NCBI GenBank assembly: GCA_049840735.1
Contig: JASGJN010000021.1
Coordinates: forward strand, 256,001 to 320,000
Direction: 5' to 3'
DNA length: 64,000 nucleotides
Origin: Anaeromyxobacter sp.
Lineage (GTDB): Bacteria > Myxococcota > Myxococcia > Myxococcales > Anaeromyxobacteraceae
Part shown: piece after piece, positions 55,283 to 64,000 of the stretch
Layout of the letters: the number at the start of each line of letters is the position of its first letter
Numbering within the stretch: the stretch's first letter is position 1
The notes under the pieces: generated by a model
Told to the model about the DNA's origin: nothing
Databases searched by the model: none
Seen by the model: the letters and a program-made list of their open reading frames with translations, nothing else
Translations under genes and position numbers: made by a program

Positions 55283-57784
<2,502 letters not shown>

Positions 57785-57822
57785 GCGGAGCCGCCGACGC
57801 GGTTCGCCCAGACGTGCTGACC

Positions 57823-58914
57823 TCACGGCGCCAGCAGGTGGTCCAGGTAGCGGCGCGCCTGCACGTCGAAGGAGAGCTTGGCGTGGCCGGCGATGGCCCG
57901 CCGCCGCTCCGCCAGCGCGGCCGGATCGGCCGCCAGCCGGGCCAGCAGCGCGCAGATGCCGTCGCGCGAGGGGTAGAAGAACGAGGACACCTCGAAGTCG
58001 TCCAGCCCCCGGAAGCTGCCGTCGCTGGCCATGGGGAGCTGGAACCCGAAGGACAGGTTGAAGGTGCCCGAGACCTTCAGGAAGGAGTGCCACTGCGAGC
58101 CGGGGTCGGGGTGGACCAGCGGCAGGATCAGGTCGCACCGCGAGACCCAGGCGTGGAAGGTGGGCCAGTCCACGAAGTCGCGGAAGCGCACGAAGCGATG
58201 GCCCAGCCCCCGCCGCGCCAGCTCCTCCTCCAGCGCCGGCCCGTCGCCGGCCGGGTGGTGCGAGGGGCCGAGCAGGATGAAGCGCACCTGCGGCGGCAGC
58301 GCGGCCAGGCCGGGGTCGTCCAGCAGCGCGCGGTAGTCGCGCCGCTTGAACTCCACCTGCCCCGGCACGCAGACCCAGAACGCGCCGGCGGGCTTCTCCA
58401 CCGCCACCTGCGCCGCCGGGGCGGGGTAGAGGGTCGGGTAGAAGGCCTCGGCCCGGCCGCCCAGGCGCGCCTTCACGAAGTCGTTGACGACGAAGTAGCG
58501 GGAGACGCCCAGCGAGATGAGCGCCTGGTTCAGGCTGTGGCCCAGCTTGCCGGCGTCGTGGATCAGCCCCGCCAGCCGCGGCCCGCCGGCCAGGTTGCGC
58601 AGCGCGAGCTGGGCCGCCGGCTTGCCCTGGGCGGTGTTGAGGACGGCGTGGCTCACCCGGTGCTCGCGCAGGTAGCGCCGGATGCCGGTCTGGGTGGCCC
58701 AGCTGCGTGACGACCCCTCGAAGACGTGCAGGTGGCGCGGCGCGAAGGGGAGCCGGGCGCGCAGCGTCGGCGAGCAGACCACGTGCACCTCGTCGAAGGC
58801 CTGCCGCAGGAACTCGTGCTGCGTGAAGAGGCACTCGAAGTGGCCGTCGGAGAGCTCGATCAGGGCTGCTGCGGTGGCGGGCATGGGCGCGGGCACGGGG
58901 TGCGGGTCACGCAT
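57823..58914 (-). CDS. Glycosyltransferase-like hypothetical protein (start 58914 or 58884)
   Basis: VPGQVEFKRRDY, FILLG, DLILPL, SG..NLSFGF..P pattern of a GT-B C-terminal half. Confidence 0.55.
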   Translation of the reverse strand: MRDPHPVPAPMPATAAALIELSDGHFECLFTQHEFLRQAFDEVHVVCSPTLRARLPFAPRHLHVFEGSSRSWATQTGIRRYLREHRVSHAVLNTAQGKPAAQLALRNLAGGPRLAGLIHDAGKLGHSLNQALISLGVSRYFVVNDFVKARLGGRAEAFYPTLYPAPAAQVAVEKPAGAFWVCVPGQVEFKRRDYRALLDDPGLAALPPQVRFILLGPSHHPAGDGPALEEELARRGLGHRFVRFRDFVDWPTFHAWVSRCDLILPLVHPDPGSQWHSFLKVSGTFNLSFGFQLPMASDGSFRGLDDFEVSSFFYPSRDGICALLARLAADPAALAERRRAIAGHAKLSFDVQARRYLDHLLAP

Positions 58915-59051
58915 CTTGAACGGAAGGTCCGGGCGGACGCAACGCCCCTCCGCCCTCAGCCCGCGACCGGCTCGACCGCCGCGAGCGCCTGCTCCAGCGC
59001 CAGGCGCAGCTCGGACGGCGCGCACCCTGTGAGGCTTCCCGGCCGCGCCGC

Positions 59052-60962
<1,911 letters not shown>

Positions 60963-62857
60963 GTCCACGCTCCGAGGTCGAGGCGGAGGCCCGCCGTGAC
61001 CTGCACCGAGGTGAGCCCGCCGCCCGGCGTCTGGCCGGAGGCCAGCAGGCCCGCCTCGAGGTAAGGGGTGATGCGCCGGCCGGGCCAGCCGGCCCCCAGC
61101 GCCAGCCGCGCCGCCGGCGCCCAGCCGTCGCCGGCGCCGGACCGGTCCCAGGCCAGCCCGGCGGTGCCGGCCAGCCACAGCTCCGGCCCGTGGCGCAGCT
61201 CGCGGCGCAGCTCGCCGCCGGCCAGCAGCGCCAGCAGCCGGCGGTCGCCGCGGTCGAGCTCGAGCCCGGCCGCCTCGAACCGCACCGCCACCGACACCTG
61301 CTGCGGCCAGGGCATGCCGGCGCCGGGCAGCGCCGCGTCGGCGGTGACGCCGAGCCAGGGCCCGGAGGGCCCGCCGCCGGTCTCCGCGGCGGCGCCGCCG
61401 GAGAGCAGCAGGGAGAGGCCGCGGGGCGGCGGGGCCAGCAGCAGGTCGGCCTGCCCCCGCGCGCCGCCCACCTCCGCCACCAGCCGCTCCGGCGTGCGCG
61501 CCGCCACCGCCGGCGCGCGGTAGCGGACCCGCCAGGCGTCGGCCCCGGCCGGCTCCAGGCCCCGCACCTTGCCGCGCTCCGCGCTCACGGCGGGGCGCTC
61601 GGCCACCGGGTTGCCGTAGCGATCCCGCACGCGGATGGTGAAGGCCACCTCGCCGGCGCCGTCGGCCTGGAGCACGTCGGCGCCCGGCGCGACCCGGGCC
61701 TCGGCGGCCGGGCCCGGCTCCAGCGGCAGCGCGCGGGCGCTGGCCACCGCGCCGGCCGCGGTCCAGGCCCGCACCTCCAGCGAGTGCCGCCCCGCCAGCC
61801 GCTCCGGCGCCGCCACCCGCGCCGAGATCGCGCCGGGCCCGGCCTCCACCGGCGGGGCCAGCAGCCCGCCGTCGGAGGCCAGCTCCAGGGCGGCCTCGGT
61901 GGCGTTGCCGGCCGCGTCCAGCGCCCGCGCCGTGACCGTCACCGGCTCGCCCCCTGCGGCGGCCGCCGACCGGTCGAAGGCGATGGCCACCGTGGCCGGC
62001 GGCCCGGGCAGCGAGGAGAGGCGCAGCACCACCCGCGAGGCGGCCAGGCCGGGCAGCCGCACCGTGAGCCGGTCCTCGCCGCTGGGCCCCGGCGGCAGCG
62101 TCCAGGTCCCCTCGAAGGCCCCCGGCTCGCGCGCCACCACCGCCGCCGTGCCGCGGGTGGGCTCCAGCGCCGGCGGGTCGTCGCGCCGGGCGGCGCCGTG
62201 CGGCGCGACCACGTAGGCCAGGAAGCGGACCTGCTCGCGCCGGTCGGCCTGGACGGTGGTCCGCTCGATCACGGCGTGGAGCAGGGGCGTCTCGGGGATG
62301 GAGAGGTCCACCGGCGTGAAGCCGTGGTGCCCCTCGCGCACGCCGGGCGGGACCACCACCGTCAGCCGCGCCAGGCCGTCCGGGCCGACGCGCGCCGGGC
62401 CGAAGGTGGCGTCGGCGATGCGGAGCGCCACCTCCTCGCCCGGGCGCCCCGGCACGCGCGCCTCTCCCTGGCCGGAGAGCGGCAGCGCCAGCCAGCCGTC
62501 CAGCGGGCCGCGCGGACCGCGCGCCAGCGCCGCCAGGATGGCCACCTGCGGATGGCGCTCGACCGGCGGCCTGTAACGGACCGTGAATCCGCCCCCCGGC
62601 AGCCGGCGCAGCCCCTCCAGCCGCCCGGCGCTGGCCGAGAGCGTCAGCTCCTCCACCTCGGGCGGCGCGGCGATGCGCACCTCGGCCCCGGCGCCGGCGC
62701 CCAGCAGCAGCCGGGGCGGCTCGGCCGAGAGGCGCAGCGCGCCGCCGCTCCCCGGCGCCACGTCCTGCGCGGCGGCCGGGAAGGCCGCCGCGAGCAGGAG
62801 CAGGGCCGTCCAGGCCCGGTAGCCACGGCCGCTGAAGGCGCCAGGCGGACCAGCGGC

Positions 62858-63040
62858 GCCCTTCGGCTTCGCCTGCCCTGAGCGCAGCGGACGCCAAGCG
62901 GACGCGAAGTCGATGGGCTCAGGGCGAACGGTCATGCCGGCACCGTTCGGGCTGAGCGTGTGAGAACCGGGGCGCGCGGTCATCCCGGCACCGTTCGGGC
63001 TGAGCGTAGCGAGCCCGCAGGGCTCGCGGAGTCGAAGCCC
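62858..63040. repeat. REP cluster (nested pair, 48 bp partial duplication, one full copy)
   Basis: Nested element at 62858-62931; CACCGTTCGGGCTGAGCGT at 62941 and 62989. Confidence 0.88.
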
Positions 63041-63073
63041 AGGCCAGGACCGTCATGGCGACCCAGGTCGCGC

Positions 63074-63475
63074 TCAGGGCGGGAGCGGGGCATTCCAGTC
63101 GATCTCCACGGTGGCGCGGGCGGCCTGGCCGGGGGCGCAGGCCGGGTCCTGCTCGCCCTCGGGCGGGCAGGCGGGGCGCGCCGGCGGCGCGCTGCGGGCG
63201 GCGGCGCGGACCACCGCCGAGGGCGTGACCTTGCCTCCCCGCCCGCCCTTGCGGGCGGCCGCGCGCCAGGCCTCGAGCGGCGGGGCGGCGGCCGGCGGCT
63301 GGGCCGCGGCGGCCGGGGCCGGCGCCGGGTCGGCGGCGGGCGGCGCCGGGTGCACGGCGGGAGCGGCGGCCCCGGGCGCGGCCTGGGCCAGCGCCGCCGG
63401 CTGGCGCGCCGCGCCGGCCAGCAGCAGGCCCAGCGCCACGGCCACGCCGGCCCGGATCCGGAGCCGGGTGGTCAC
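63074..63475 (-). CDS. Small Pro/Ala-rich exported hypothetical protein
   Basis: GTG start overlaps the upstream stop; signal-like N-terminus. Confidence 0.5.
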   Translation of the reverse strand: MTTRLRIRAGVAVALGLLLAGAARQPAALAQAAPGAAAPAVHPAPPAADPAPAPAAAAQPPAAAPPLEAWRAAARKGGRGGKVTPSAVVRAAARSAPPARPACPPEGEQDPACAPGQAARATVEIDWNAPLPP

Positions 63476-64000
63476 GGCGCGCGGGCCTCCGCCGCCGGGA
63501 CGGCGACGCAGAACTCGGTCACCGCCCAGGGCAGCCTGGCGGGATCGGACCCGTCCACCAGCCAGAGGGAGCCGCCGGAGCGGGTCACCAGCTGGCGGGA
63601 GAGGTGGAGCCCCAGCCCGCTGCCGCGGCCGGGCGCCTTGGTGGTGAAGCGCGGCTCGAAGAGGCGGGCCCGGTGCGCCTCGGCGATGCCCGGACCCTCG
63701 TCCGAGACCCGCACCTCCACGCCGGCCGGCCCGGGCTGCACCCGCACCGCCACGCGGCCCTGCGTCCCGTCCACCGCGTCGAGCGCGTTGGAGAGCAGGT
63801 TGGTGGCGGCGTGGACCAGCGCCCCCGCCGACCCAATCCCGCGCAGCGCCTCCTCGCATCCATCCATCGTGAAGCGGCGCGCCAGGGGCCGGACCCGGTG
63901 GGCCAGCAGCCCCACCGCGCGGGCCACCGCCGGCCCCACCTCGAACGGCGTGGCCGGGAGGTCCTCGTCGCGCAGCAGCCCCTCGAACTCGGCCGCCACC
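63472..64000 (-). CDS. Histidine kinase C-terminal (HATPase) part, truncated by the window edge
   Basis: NLLSNALDA, DEGPGI, FEPRFTTK, GSGLGL. Confidence 0.88.
   Translation of the reverse strand, partial: VAAEFEGLLRDEDLPATPFEVGPAVARAVGLLAHRVRPLARRFTMDGCEEALRGIGSAGALVHAATNLLSNALDAVDGTQGRVAVRVQPGPAGVEVRVSDEGPGIAEAHRARLFEPRFTTKAPGRGSGLGLHLSRQLVTRSGGSLWLVDGSDPARLPWAVTEFCVAVPAAEARAP

Overview
Very high-GC bacterial DNA whose gene content resembles Myxococcota (Anaeromyxobacter-like; inferred from gene content only). Most of the window is core or metabolic genes: an ECF sigma/anti-sigma pair, a DUF4175-TPR peptidase-MoxR-DUF58-vWA operon, nagZ, a liv-type ABC transporter, two GH13 amylases, a TetR-led lipid-handling operon, several two-component proteins, an SF1 helicase, AlaX, HPF and Smr. 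No rRNA, tRNA, CRISPR array or transposase was found. The most striking feature is a family of about 35 REP-like palindromic elements (consensus CCGTTC-GNNCT-GAGCGTA-[variable perfect hairpin]-GGAGTCGA-AGNNC) at 8 loci. The densest locus (7141-8800) flanks a small GIY-YIG nuclease gene that sits between moxR and the DUF58 gene. This looks like a RAYT/REP 'REPtron' but with a GIY-YIG enzyme in place of the HUH transposase. The elements show compensatory stem changes, nesting of one copy inside another, and locus-specific tandem amplification (23, 38, 76, ~105, 177 and 195 bp periods). A compositionally atypical three-gene islet (39983-41375) is led by a Tse2-like ADP-ribosyltransferase candidate. 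About 11 frameshifts break otherwise intact genes, and 7 of them fall at GATC->GAATC, which points to methylation-linked long-read errors rather than pseudogenes.
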